64,000 nt of DNA, taken from assembly GCF_964355755.1 (NCBI RefSeq), contig NC_092671.1, positions 24,812,070 through 24,876,069 on the forward strand, written 5' to 3'. The position numbers and the translations under genes are program-made. This stretch comes from Antedon mediterranea. Taxonomy: Eukaryota; Animalia; Echinodermata. This document shows, piece by piece, positions 1-13,800 of the stretch (its first letter is position 1; each line of letters opens with the position of its first letter). The notes under the pieces are model-generated. The model worked only from the letters and a program-made list of their open reading frames with translations, did no database searches and was not told where the DNA came from.

Positions 1-816
1 ATATCTATTTATATAGTACATATAACAGTACTAACACTCACAGTAAGAAATTTGCGATTCAAATGACGACCAAAAATGGTTAATACGTATTTACAGTGTT
101 TGTCACATAAATTTACCTACTTGTGTTAAATCAAATAATTGTACTGAGACTGAGAGATTGGAATGTTCCATTCATCGCAAATAAATTTGTATAAACATAT
201 ATTAAATCTATCAAATAATTTTTTTAAAGAAAATCGGCCTGTATTCAACGCTATGATGCTGTACTCTGGCTGTTCAACCGGTTTTCAGCTATTAAAAACA
301 ATTATCGTAGAAGACATAGGTAAATATGAAGCATCCTTGCATTATTGTGTGCAGGTATTTTTCAAGATGGACATCCATTAGACAGTGTATACCACAAAGA
401 ACACCCCTATTTGGGGAAAATCGTTGAACCTAAATTCGTTTTAATTGTCAATAACTAATTATTTAACTCAATTTAATTAGTAAATAGGGTTACATCACAT
501 GGTTAAATTCAGTACCGAAAGTATGAACTAACTTGATATACCATTGAGTAAACATTCTAGAAGTTACACACGATTTACCGAATTGTGCCCTTACGTAAAT
601 TTATATATAGATACACCAAAGTAATATACAATTATGGAAAGTCATGCAAATGCATTCTGAAGAATACAAGTATGTTTATGATAATATTATATAGTATTTG
701 ATAATAATATTATTATATTTACAAACAGACAAAACAAAACAACAATATTTACTATTTGAGATATTATATACTTTATTTTCAACAACCATTTTATCAATTG
801 AAAATCAACAGTTTAT

Positions 817-1496
817 TAGATATATTGCCCCCTGAGAAAATAATATGGTAATTTTTTCTGTTGAATATGCCATTTTATTGTCACATAAATAGTTATTCAT
901 TATGACCTAAAGTTAGATTGAAAAAAAATTCATTTCCATATTACTAAAACTCTGCCTACACTATCAAATTTTATGTGACAAAAAAATGTGATGTCATCTT
1001 GTCCATATATGGCACATTTTTTTGTCACATAAAGTTTGATAGATGTGGATTTAATAATAATAATATCCTGGATTTATATAGCACCTAATGTTGTGAAAAT
1101 GCTGAACACTATTACCCCAGTGATTTTTTGAATCAAACACGTTTGGAAACATATGAGCTTGTCCCTCTGAAAAAACAATTTGTTTGTTGAATATGCCATT
1201 TTAATGTCATACAACAGTTATCCCCCTTGACCAAAAATCAGAGCCAAATAAAAAAATTAATACCTGAAAAAACTGCAATTTAAAGCAAAAAATAGTCAAA
1301 TTGGCTGCCAGCAAATGGATATTTGGTTGAATTTACCCATTTCTTTTGTCATTTTATATTAGGTGAAAACATTATTTTATTCCTCTTTGTTTCTACGGAA
1401 GTGATTAACTTTATTTAAATTACAAAATGGCCTAATTCAAAGTATGATTTAATTAATCTTTATTTTTTATGTTTTTGGGGGACAATACATCTGTAA
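817..1496. mobile_element. TTAA-type (Kolobok-like) MITE copy with a SINE 3' tail inserted (~1053-1120)
   Basis: Ends agatatattgcccc...ggggacaatacatct. Same family as the copies at 24320, 27725, 42563 and 58240. The internal aataataataatatcctggatttatatagcaccta is the reverse complement of the SINE tail at ~55560-55590. Confidence 0.5.
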
Positions 1497-1612
1497 GTGA
1501 TAAATTTGAATTTGGTTTGTAAAACCTATGCCAAACATAAACAAAAATGAAATTCTAAAATTGGTCTACTATGTTATTACTATTTATTGAAAATGTGTTT
1601 TTAACATTAGTT

Positions 1613-1849
1613 TTACTCTTCTTTGTGTATAATCCATGAGTGTTCATTTTTAGTCATTTCATTATCTGGTCCTAATAGTGCTGTTCCATTCATTTTGTCT
1701 CCATTCACTAAGTATGATTTGGCAACACGTACCATGTCATCTCGGGTCACTCCTAAAAGTTGTTGACGGTGATTCTGATAAACGTCGTCACTAACATGAT
1801 TTTTGAAATGTCTCATTCCTTTACTTGAGGGAGCTGTTGGGCTATCAAC
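1613..1849 (-). CDS. PITRM1: PITRM1 terminal coding exon
   Basis: AG acceptor at 1850-1851. VDSPTAPSSKGMRHF...LLGPDNEMTKNEHSWIIHKEE* matches the PreP C-terminus. Confidence 0.93.
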   Translation of the reverse strand, partial: VDSPTAPSSKGMRHFKNHVSDDVYQNHRQQLLGVTRDDMVRVAKSYLVNGDKMNGTALLGPDNEMTKNEHSWIIHKEE

Positions 1850-4800
1850 CTGTAATGTATAAGAACAATAGGTTTATTCTTATTCTTTCTTATTCTTATT
1901 CTTTCTTATTCTTTCTTATTCTTATTCTTTCTTATTCTTATTCTTTCTTATTCTTATTCTTTCTTATTCTTACGCCCGTATTCTTAAACCGGACTTTAGT
2001 CGTAGTTCGAAGTTCGACTTGGAAAAGTCGTAGTTCGAGCTATTACTTCAAATTCGATTCAAAAACGAAGTAGTCGAAGTTTGCAGTTCGACTTAATGAA
2101 GTCGAGCTTTTAGTCGAGTTGCACACGTCTGGGTAACAAAGGCTATACATTGGCCAATGACAAGAGAGTATTGCGGAAGCAGACGAAATTTTGCGCATTG
2201 ATATCACTTTCCATTTCTTACAACACTTTTTACGCATCAGGACTATATACATGAAAAATAATTTTAATCGTTAATTATTAGAACAATATCAGTATTAATT
2301 TAACAGTGAAGTATATTTGATTAACAACAAATAAAATCTTAAAAATATATTTAGGAACCATGGCGGTACGGTAACTTTTATATTTTCTAGGCCCCAACAA
2401 ACTATGATCGCCACGAACCACGCACTTCATAGCGTGAAAAGAAAGCGCTAGGCCCCCTAAACATTCCATCGCGTGGTGAATTGCCGCATCTCCCATTGTC
2501 GCTATGGCGTGACGTAGCTCAAGTCGGACTTGCGCGAAGAAAATAATGTAATTTGTATACAGTTGTAAATAAAGATGATTTTCATTATTATAATTTATAC
2601 CAATGTATATTTAATTAAGCTAATATAAATATAGATATTTCATTCTTCAATATCTGGCCAATATAACAACTCAATGACTTTTACGTTTTTTATAAACATC
2701 GTTTAAAAATCATTTAGTCGACCATTTAGTCTTCCCCCTCCAGGACTAAAAAAATCGATCAAAATCCGTCTCGATTTAGTCGAGGTTTGCCTGATTTAGT
2801 TGGTGATTTAGTTGAAGTTCGGTTTATGAATTAAAATGACGTCATTTTTTTAGTTTTAGCTCGAACTACGACTAAAGTCCGGTTTAAGAATACGGGCGTT
2901 ATTCTTTCTTATTCTTTCTTATTCTTATTCTTATTCTTTCTTATTCTTATTCTTTCTTATTCTTATTCTTTCTTATTCTTATTCTTTCTTATTCTTATTC
3001 TTTCTTATTCTTATTCTTTCTTATTCTTATTCTTATTCTTTCTTATTCTTATTCTTTCTTATTCTTATTCTTTCTTATTCTTATTCTTATTCTTATTCTT
3101 TCTTATTCTTATTCTTTCTTATTCTTATTCTTTCTTATTCTTATTCTTTCTTATTCTTATTCTTTCTTATTCTTTCTTATTCTTATTCTTTCTTATTCTT
3201 TCTTATTCTTATTCTTATTCTTTCTTATTCTTATTCTTTCTTATTCTTTCTTATTCTTATTCTTTCTTATTCTTATTCTTTCTTATTGCCAAAAACAAAC
3301 AAACTACTACAAAGTGGCAGGAAACACAAAAGGGTAGTAAATCCCTAATGGCTAAGAGCCACTGATACCTCAATACCGAGTAGCACATTAAGATAAATAT
3401 AGCATAAAAAAAAAATCTAAAAATCATTCATAAATACACAAAAACTTGCAGCAACAATCCATAATAGGTTTTGTAATACGATTAAACATTTAATAATGAC
3501 AAAAAATTGACTTTTTTAGAATGATTCCAAAAATACCTTTTTTTGGCACCTTATTCAAAGTATAGTAAAGTAAAATTTTTTGTAATTTAGAAATGTTTTT
3601 AAAGTGTATGTCTGTCTAAAAAATGAATTCAGGCCCTGTCTGAGATGCTAGTGGTTCATTGACATTGTACTATCAAGCTCTTTCAATGGAATGGAAGAGA
3701 AAGCAGTGGTTTGTGTTTTCTTCAATGTGGGTAATAGTGAGCTTTCGCATTGGGATGGTAATTTAAAAGCGCGTGCCGGTTATTTTGAGACACAATCGAC
3801 GATAATAATGATAAAGTTCAAAACCTAAAAAGGGGCTTATGAGGATGCTAATTTTTCTTTAAAAATCTTGATGAATCAAAGTGAATTCATGGCCTACATA
3901 TACTATATAATAAAATATGTAGTGTCTTAGGGAAAGTAGACAAAAAATAATTTGCTGAAATATTAGACTCTCACCGATGAGAAGACGGATAACTTGGCTT
4001 CATCAATGTCTTGATCTAAGTAGCTAGCATCTACTGCCCATTCACAGCACTTTTTAAATGCATCCAATGTTTTCTCAGAATTAGGATCTCTAACAAATGT
4101 AAAAGAAAATGAGTATTATTTCACTTTTTTGTTTAGTTACAATGATAAATAAAAAACAATAAATCACAATCAGTCTTTTCTTTAGATGAACTATGATTTT
4201 ATTTCATATATAACTATGTATTTTTATAAAAATTTAGAATAATTTTTTTATTACTTTTTTGTGACATTTAATTCAAGGAAACATATGCTATCCTGTGTAA
4301 TTAGTTTGTGTGTGTATGTGTAGATGTGTGGATTTTAATCTACTGAACTCCCTGTCGAGATAATTGCTGTAGTATTTTTATACTGATTTTACAAAGATTT
4401 CTAAACAACAACAACATTCTAAGTGCATGTGTAATGTACAAGGAAACCAAACAAAAATGTTGTTATTCCTAATTTTATTCAAGGTCTCGCTTCGAAATTT
4501 TTTTATTATAATACTATTAAGGATTGGAATAATCTTTTATCAAACATTAAAGGCATAAAAACAATAAATGAATATAAACAATAAATGAATATAAACAATA
4601 AAGATTCATCTTTGTATTGTGCATAGCTAGATTGAAAGTAATGTGAATTTTGTAATTATTTAATTGTAATTTGTCTACTTTTTGTAACTGTATAAGGACT
4701 CCATTGGATAAGATGTGTCAGCTTTATGGGTTATGCTGGTATCTTGTTTGAGTCCTACATTTATAAAACAAACAAACTGATCACCAATTCCTAGTGGATT

Positions 4801-7800
4801 GTTATACCTGTAGGAATAAAAGGTAAAGTTTCCACTTGTACCCATCAGTGCACCACTTCCATAGGCACCTCCCTTCTCCCTATAGAAACAATAATATTCA
4901 TTCTTTAAAATTTGCCCTTAATAATTATATGAACAATACTAACGCATATTTTTCATAGTCATTTGTCTGCCTTTTCACAATGGTGAATGACTTTCATTAT
5001 TGGAGTAAAGTTTCATACTAAAATATTAAAAAATTATGTTGAAAGACTATTATTTTAAGTTTATGTGCACACCTACCGAATTTCGCGATGAAGAAACTTA
5101 GTTGACATAAGCCTGGCTAGAAGGCGTAATGAAGCAAAGTCTTCGTGATTGAATGGAATGCCCTCTATAGCATGGCTGATGTAGTTAACTGGAAATGGCA
5201 ACTCATAGTGTAGCTTTTGTTTAGTTGTAGTAAATGGATTCTGAAAGTGAAAAACAATTTGTCAAGCAACACACACTATCTGATGTAGCAATCAAAATGT
5301 TCATATTAGTTTATTCCACAACAAATTTGATTTAGCTGGTTGATCAATTTATGTTTTCCACAGATGACGCAAAAGCGAGGTTTCTCAGAACTGTTACCAA
5401 GGTGAATGAACTCACTCATAACTAAGCCGAGTGGATCAACCAGCGAAAGCTAGAGAATGAAACATAACTTTTTCATTTATTAAAATTTATTTGTTGAATC
5501 ATAACAATCCTAGAAAATACTAAGAGATCCACATGAACCTTTTCACTAACCAACATATCAGTTAGATTCACCTTATAATGTATGAAATAATCGGAACAAT
5601 ATCTACAGTATGTATGTTCTGCAGTAAAGTATTTTGTAAGAGCACTATGATCAAAAGACCAAAGTTCATTTATGTTTCCAAACCCAAAATTGTTTAACTA
5701 CTGTACCAAGTCCAGGGACATAGATTGGGAGATGCTTAGATAGCAGCCCCAACCATGCAGACTTTTATATTTCGTTTAATATTTATTTCGTTTCATATTT
5801 AGTATAATAAATGCACTTTCTGGAGACCTAACACCCTTATTTTTCTAAGTTTTCTTAGCTTTACTCCAACCAGGGCAGACTAGTCCTGTAGACTTATAAC
5901 TTTGTTTCATATTTCAATGTACAAGTGCAATTTCCAGGGACCAAACAGCCCTATTTTTCAATATTGTCTTAGCTCTGTCCCAAACATGGTAGCTTAGGTC
6001 AGCACTAGGGGAGGGGGATTGATCAAATGGGAGGGCGATCGATCAGAGGGGAGGGGGAATTCAGAAGGCAGGGGGAGTTTGCATCCCCAGACAGCAACCA
6101 GACTACGTCTGTGAAGTAAAATGCATTCTGACAACCAAATACCAGAAGTTGTGGATATTCGAAGTGTGTCCAGTTGTGTAAATGTTGAACTACTTACTTC
6201 CTGCATAAAAGAAGTTTGACCAGCACCGTCTCCTGGTAATTGTGATAAGAAACGCTCTAGATGTAGAGATGCTGTGTCCATGAATATTGGACTTGCATTT
6301 AGTGCACACCTAGAATAGAAATAGCATGATAACAAAATGTATGCATATATATTCCATTTAACTTTGTTCCTTATGTCTTTTTGTTCTTTGTAATACTGCT
6401 TTGTTCTGCTGTATCAATTTTCTTCTTGTTATCATCATAAGTTCGGAAAACCGCTGCCACATTCAATATAATGATGAGGGCCAAGACAGATGGAAAAAAT
6501 ATAAAATTTATAAAATATAATATTTATTTAACAAAGAGTTATAAGATTATAAAACAATGTGAAATTCATTGATTCTGACAGACCTTTTCCCATCTGCAAA
6601 ATGTAACATTAAGTTGTAACAAATTATGCAGATGTGGAAAGGGTATAAATAAGTCTAAACTTGACCACAAAACATATATTTATATTAAGGGGGAAAGGAA
6701 GGACTAATCAAAATGGTACCATATCCTGATTGACTTACCTTGGAAGACCAACCTCAGTGATAGTGATCACCCCTTAAGGCCAAATTATACAGAAAATAGG
6801 TAATAGTAAGCAGAAACAAAATTAAATTAATTAGATGTTAATATTTCTTATGACCATTTACACTAAATGCAGTCAGGATAGATAACAATTCTATGTGTGA
6901 CAATGGCTATGTGGTTTTCCACTTACCATTACCGCTTATCTGTGTAAATTGGCCTTAAGGGGTGAATGACCTGGGTTCAGTTCTACCATGTTACAACAAG
7001 CAAAATTTAAAAAATAATTTAAAAGATAATTATTTTAAGGTAAATGCTTACTTGTATTTGTGTATTGACAAGTAGACAGAAATGTAAAGGCAAGTAGGGA
7101 TTCATCTAAAAATATATTTATCCAAATGAATTTATATATGGATGACCAAAATAAAGAAAAAATAAACAAACATGGTGGTTTGGAGTGATGCAATTGTGTG
7201 ATAAACCTACCTCATATTTTCAGTACATAAGACATGACTGGCAACTTGCTGTAGTTTCTGCAGAACTGGATTTAAGTCTTTCAATTCAGCAATACTTTTC
7301 AAAAACATTACCTTTATTAAGAAGAAAAATCTTAAAACTTTTGTCAATTTGTCAAAATAAGAAATGACGACACAATAAATCTATCTTATTTTCTTTTCAG
7401 ACACACATGTTCTAACGCAGAATGATATTACGAAATGTTATTAAAAAGGTTGTTGGAGCAATTTTATTTTGTACTGTTTTACAATTTTATCTTTTCCTTG
7501 TTTACATTGAAGAAAACAAAGAATCAAGAAATTGTCAGATTGAAATAGAGGAAACCATATTGAATACAATTGAAAATGATGACATTAATAAACATATTGA
7601 GCCGAACTTATTGCTAAACATAAAAGTTCTTAAAGATGTTATGTTGACACGAAAACTTGATCAAGGTGTTAGCATTTGCGACGAAAGTAAATCAGTTCTT
7701 GGTATAACATTTATTAACTAAAGTCCTAAAAATGCTGAATTGAGAAATTTAATTCACAGATAGATCTTGGGGAAAACATGGAAAACTTTAAAAAATAGCT

Positions 7801-10800
7801 ACTTTATTTATATTAGGAAAGAATGTCAACTTTCAATATGATGAATCTGTTTCAACGGAGAATGAAAAGCATGGGGATTTGCTCCAAGGGTGGTTTGAAG
7901 ACAATTTTCAAGTTTAAAAGTTTTTATGGCATTGAAATGGGAACAAATATATTGTCCCAAAGGCAAATTTATTTTTATGGTAAATGATCACAACTTTGTC
8001 AATTATGATGTTCTCTTCAAAGGATTTGTAAATAAAACAAACGAGAAAACATCCATGTTTATATCAGGAGAAGTAATAGCAAATCCCAAACCTATGCGTG
8101 AACCAAATTCGAAATATTTTATATCTCCTAAACAGTTTGGTCGCAAATATTTCCCGCCATTTTGTACACTGGATTCAGGAATTATACTTTCAATAAACGG
8201 TGCAAATAGTATTTTGAAAGAAGCATTCAAAACAACTTTTATCCCAATTGCAGATGTGTTTATTTCAATTTTAGCAGAAAAGACTGGAGTAACAGTTATT
8301 AACGATAAAAGGTTCACGCTTAGAAATTTAAATTATGATACTTGTTTATTTCATAGCTTTATTACAGCTCATGGTTTTGATACATCACTTTCAACAGCTA
8401 AATTGTGGGCGAATGTTTCCAATCCTGAATTTTTTTTAAAAAGTGTGAACATTCTGAAATGGATCTACTAATGCAGACAAACAGTTTTTTTAATGGTGAT
8501 TTGTTTAATAGAAAACTTTACCTTCTTGTTAATAGTCCTGATCTTTGTAAAAATAATCAAGGAAAACTAGATGATATATTTATGATTGTGCTTATAAGTA
8601 CACTCCCAATGCATGTCGGTAAACGTGATGTGATAAGACAGACATGGCCAAAAATCAAAATGTTATCGGAATGGCTATCCAATTTCTGTTTCTAATGGGG
8701 CGCCCACTAGAAAAAAATTAAGATAAAAAGTACAAAGCAATTGTCAAAAACGAACAAATTAGATATGGAGATATAATACAGGCAGATTTTATTGAAAGTT
8801 TTAAAGATTTGACACTAAAAGTTGCTTTAGGATTAAAGTGGGTATCGGAAAACTTCGCAAATGCTGAGTATATGTTTAAAGGGGATGACGATACATTTGT
8901 TAATTTTGAAAACATTATCAGTTATATACTTAATCTTAGAGCAAAAGGGAAAGCGTTAGAAAAGTTCTACATGGGTTCTGTCTTACCCTGCAGTAAAATT
9001 GTACGAAGAGAAAAATCAAAATATTACATATCTCACAAGGTGTATAGTGGGAAATATTTTCCGCCATATTGTTCTGGTGCTGGTTACATCTTATCAATTG
9101 ACATCATCCGCGGAATGTATTTAAAAGCATTACAGACACCCCTTATACCAATTGATGATGCGTTTCAGGGAATTTTGGCAGAAGAAGAAGGCGTGATCCC
9201 AATGAATCATGATGGTTTTAAACGCTGGGGTGGTGATACGGATAAATGTGATCTTTTAAAGAGCATGGTTGTCCATGGTCCATATAAAACAGCAGATCAA
9301 TTATTTAACGTGTGGAGCAACTTTACAGACGTGTCCATTAAATGTTAAAAGCATGAGATTGTGGGTTTGAATGCAATGCTTTTCGCATTGCTTGTATCCT
9401 TAGGCAAGACACTTTACTTATTATTACCACATATCATAAACTTAGCGGGGGTGGGTCTACCTACGTCAATTTTTCAGAGTATATTCCTTATGGCCAGGAA
9501 TCGATGTGGTTATGTTTTCATGGTGCGCAATCATAAATTACGCGATTTAACGAAATCATGTTTGTGTAATCATATCTCCACAAGCATGAATCACTTTTCA
9601 ACAAAATTTGGTACTCATAAATTTAAGGTCATATTTCATCATATGGAAATATAATTACGTGCGTAGCGCATATAAATATATAATATTTAACTTAAATGAC
9701 ATTAACCCTAATGATGATATCAATATTGAAGAAACTAAATATTACCAGATAAACGATTTTAATCTAAGTTTTAAGAACTCGATACATGCCAATCACTTCT
9801 CCATTCTAAGCCTGAACTGCCGTAGCATGGTCAACAAATTCGATGATATTTTGAATCTGATTAATTCAATAAATCACTCCTTTTCAATTATTGCCCTAGA
9901 AGAAACATGGATTTCTCCAAATTCTACAACATCACTGTACGAAATACCAAAATATACATTTATTCATAAAGATAGGATAGGACGAAGAGGAGGAGGAATT
10001 GCTCTCTATCTATCAGAAACCCTTAGTTACGAGATGCGAAATGACCTCGCTTCAATACTGACCGAAGGAGAATCTATATTTATTGATGTTAAAATAGAAA
10101 ATAAAACAATATCTTGCGGAGTAATATATAGGCCCCCTGATACAAATGTACAAACTTTCAACAATCAGTTGTCAATAGTCATGCAGATGATTAACAAAGA
10201 AAATAAGCTAGCATACATTACTGGTGATATGAACTTAGATATTAGCCAACACATGAGAGACAAAAACATCGAATCCCACCTTGACAATATCCAGTCCCAG
10301 TCCTTCACTTTTCTTATTAATAAGCCCACAAGAATAACAGAAAACTCTGCTTCCATAATAGATAATATTCTCTACAATTCCCATCTAACAAATAACATAA
10401 ACACTGGTATCATATATTCGGATATATCCGACCACCTTCCAATATTCTGCATAAACACATCCGAAACTCACCATTATCATAACAACGTATACTGTTATAA
10501 ACGCGAAAACAAACAGTACAACATTGATCATTTTAAGCATGAACTTGCAAATCAACAATGGCAGGATGTCCTAGAATCAAATGACGCAAACAAAGCATAT
10601 CAACATTTTTCCACAACTCTGCAATCATTAGTTAATATATGCTTTCCAATAAAAAAGATAAAACACAAAGCTAATAAACTTCAATCTCCTTGGATAACGG
10701 AATCAATTGCTAAGTCAATTGTTACTAGAAACAAATTATATAGCAAATACAAACGTAGACCGACAAACATAAATAAATCTAAATATACAAACTATAGAAA

Positions 10801-13800
10801 CGTACTTACCAATATTATTAGAAAACGAAAAAAGGAATACTATTTTAATAAATTTGAAAAAAATAAAAATAATATGAAAGAAACGTGGAATGCCATTAAT
10901 CAACTTTTAGGTAGGAAGAAAAAATCCAAACTGCCATCAAACCTAAAACATGTGACAGAGACATACACTAACCCAGAAACAAAATCCGATGCATTCAATT
11001 CTTACTTTATTAATATTGGGAAACAATTAGCTGACAAAATTAACCATGATAACAACCCTGCCATTGATCCAACGTCATATTTGACTGGTAACTACCTTAA
11101 TTCTATGTATTTCAGACCCACAACAGAATACGAAATAATGACATACATTAATAAATTAGAAACAGATAAAACACCAGGTCACGATGATATCAGTGCTCAC
11201 TATATCAAGTACAATTCCGTCTACCTTACAAAACCTATTTCACACTTAATAAACGTTTCACTCGCCACTGGCCGATTCCCTGATGAACTAAAATGTGCCA
11301 AAACTATACCTGTTTTTAAAAGTGGCGATAGGCAAAACCTTAATAATTATCAACCCATATCAATCTTACCATGTCTTTCTAAAATATATGAAAGAGTTGT
11401 CTACGACCAAACCATTTCATACCTTAATAAATACAAGATAATAAATCAATCTCAATATGGATTCCGACAAAAACATTCAACTGCACATGCTCTACTACAC
11501 ACACTAGAAAAAATAACATCAGCAATTGATAACCACTCATTCATTATAGGTGTTTTCCTAGATCTGTCGAAAGCTTTCGATACGATCGATCATAGAATTC
11601 TAATCAATAAAATGGAATGATTTGTTTTTTGCTGATGTTTAATTATTATATGTCGGTACAATATGAAAACTTACCTGCTTCATACCACCTAATATTTCAT
11701 TGAAGTGACTAACAGGTGAAAGATGACTTTGAGCTGCAGACATTGCATAGCTATGGCCACTATTGGACAATGACATGGCTAGGTCAGATGCATTCATGCG
11801 TACCAATGTAGTAAATCGGTCTACATCTTCTAGTTTAGGTCTAGCATAAGAAGAATATAATATCTCAATCTTAACAAAATAAGTTTAATATTTTTCAGTG
11901 ATTTTCTTATAATCTTTTATGGTCAAGGTGTTACTAAACATATTTATAGGTAAATAAAGCAAGTTATTTTATAATGTAATGATTTACATACTTACCTTAA
12001 AAATATATCATGCCATAATTTAAACATTTCTTCTGTATTATTATCCAAACAATAGGAGGATAGCATTATTCCCTGAAATAAACAAATTTATTTTTTTCCT
12101 AAATGTTTTATTATTAAAGAAATATCAACAAAAAAACACTGATTGTTTCACCTGGATTAAATTCTCTATTGTAGGTGAGTTGCACCTGGATTAGATGCTC
12201 CATTGTAGGTGAGTTGCACCTGGATTAGATGCTTCCATCGTAGGTCAGTTGAACCTGGATTAGATGCTCCATCGTAGGCAAGTTGCACCTGGATTCGATG
12301 CTTCATCATAGGTGAGTTGTACCTGGATTTGATGCTCCATCATCATAGGTGAGTTGCACCTTGACTGGATGCTTCATCATAGGTGAGTTGCACCTGGACT
12401 GGATGCTCTATTGTAGGTCAGTTACACCTGGATTAGATTCTCCATCGTATGCAAGTTGCACCTGGATTTGATGCTTCATCATAGGTGAGGTGAACCTGGA
12501 TTTGATGCTCCATCATCATAGGTGAGTTGCAACTTGACTGGATGCTTCATCATAGGTGAGTTGTACCTGGATTTGATGCTCCATCATCATAGGTGAGTTG
12601 CACCTTGACTGGATGCTTCATCATAGGTGAGGTGAACCTGGATTGGATGCTTTATTGTAGGCAAATTTCACATGGATTAGATGCTCCATCGTAGGTAAAG
12701 TGCACCTGGATTGGATGCTCCATCGTAGGTGAGGTGAACCTGGATTGGATGCTCCATCTTAGGTGAGATGCACCTGTATTGGATGCTTCATCATAGGTGA
12801 GTTGCACCTGGATTAGATGCTTCATTGTAGGTGAGTTGCACCTGGATTGGATGCTCCATTGTAGGTCAGTTACACCTGGATTAGATTCTCCATCATAGGT
12901 GAGGTGAACCTGTATTGGATGCTTCATCATAGGTGAGTTGCACCTGGATTAGATGCTCCATTGTAGGTGAGTTGCACTTGGATTGGAGGCTTCATCGTAG
13001 GTGAGTTGCACCTGGATTGGATGCTCCATTGTAGGTCAGTTACACCTGGATTAGATTCTCCATCGTAGGTGAGTTGCACTTGGATTAGATGCTTTATCGT
13101 AGGTGAGGTGAACCTGGATTAGATGCTTTATTGTAGGCAAATTTCACCTGAATTAGATGCTCCATCATAGGTGGGGGTACCTGGATTAGATGCTCCATCG
13201 TAGATCAGTTGCACCTGGATTGGATGCTTCATCATAGGTGCGTTGCACCTGGATTGGATGCTCAATCGTAGGTCAGTTGTACCTGGATTAGATGCTCCAT
13301 CGCAGGTGAGGTGCACCTGGATTGGATTCTCCATCGTAGGTGAGTTGCACTTGGATTAAATGCTCCATTGTAGGTAAGTTACACTTGGATTCGATGCTAC
13401 ATCGTAGGTGAGGTGAACCTAGATTGGATGAGTCATCGTAGGTGAGTTGCACTTGGATTAAATGCTCCATCGTAGGTGAGGTGCACTTGGATTAGATACT
13501 CCATCGTAGGCAAGTTGCACCTGGATTAGATGTTCTATTGTAAGTGAGTTGGACTTGGGATTAAATGCTCCATTGTAAGTGAGTTGCACCTGGATTGGAT
13601 GCTCCTTGTAGGTGAGGTGTACCTGGATTGGATGCTTCATCATAAGTACAGAACTTATAAATGACTAAACAAATTGGCTTCTTAATGCTAAGGTACAGAC
13701 ATGAATTTTAAATATAAAATTTGGTTAATTGTACATAAATCAAATATGTGCAACATACATCATGACGAAAAAATCATGAATTTCCCTTAAAATGATAAAA

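Noticed and set aside
8003-8317. Antisense ORFs over the GT31 and LINE regions
   Set aside because: They are shadow frames of the plus-strand coding sequence.
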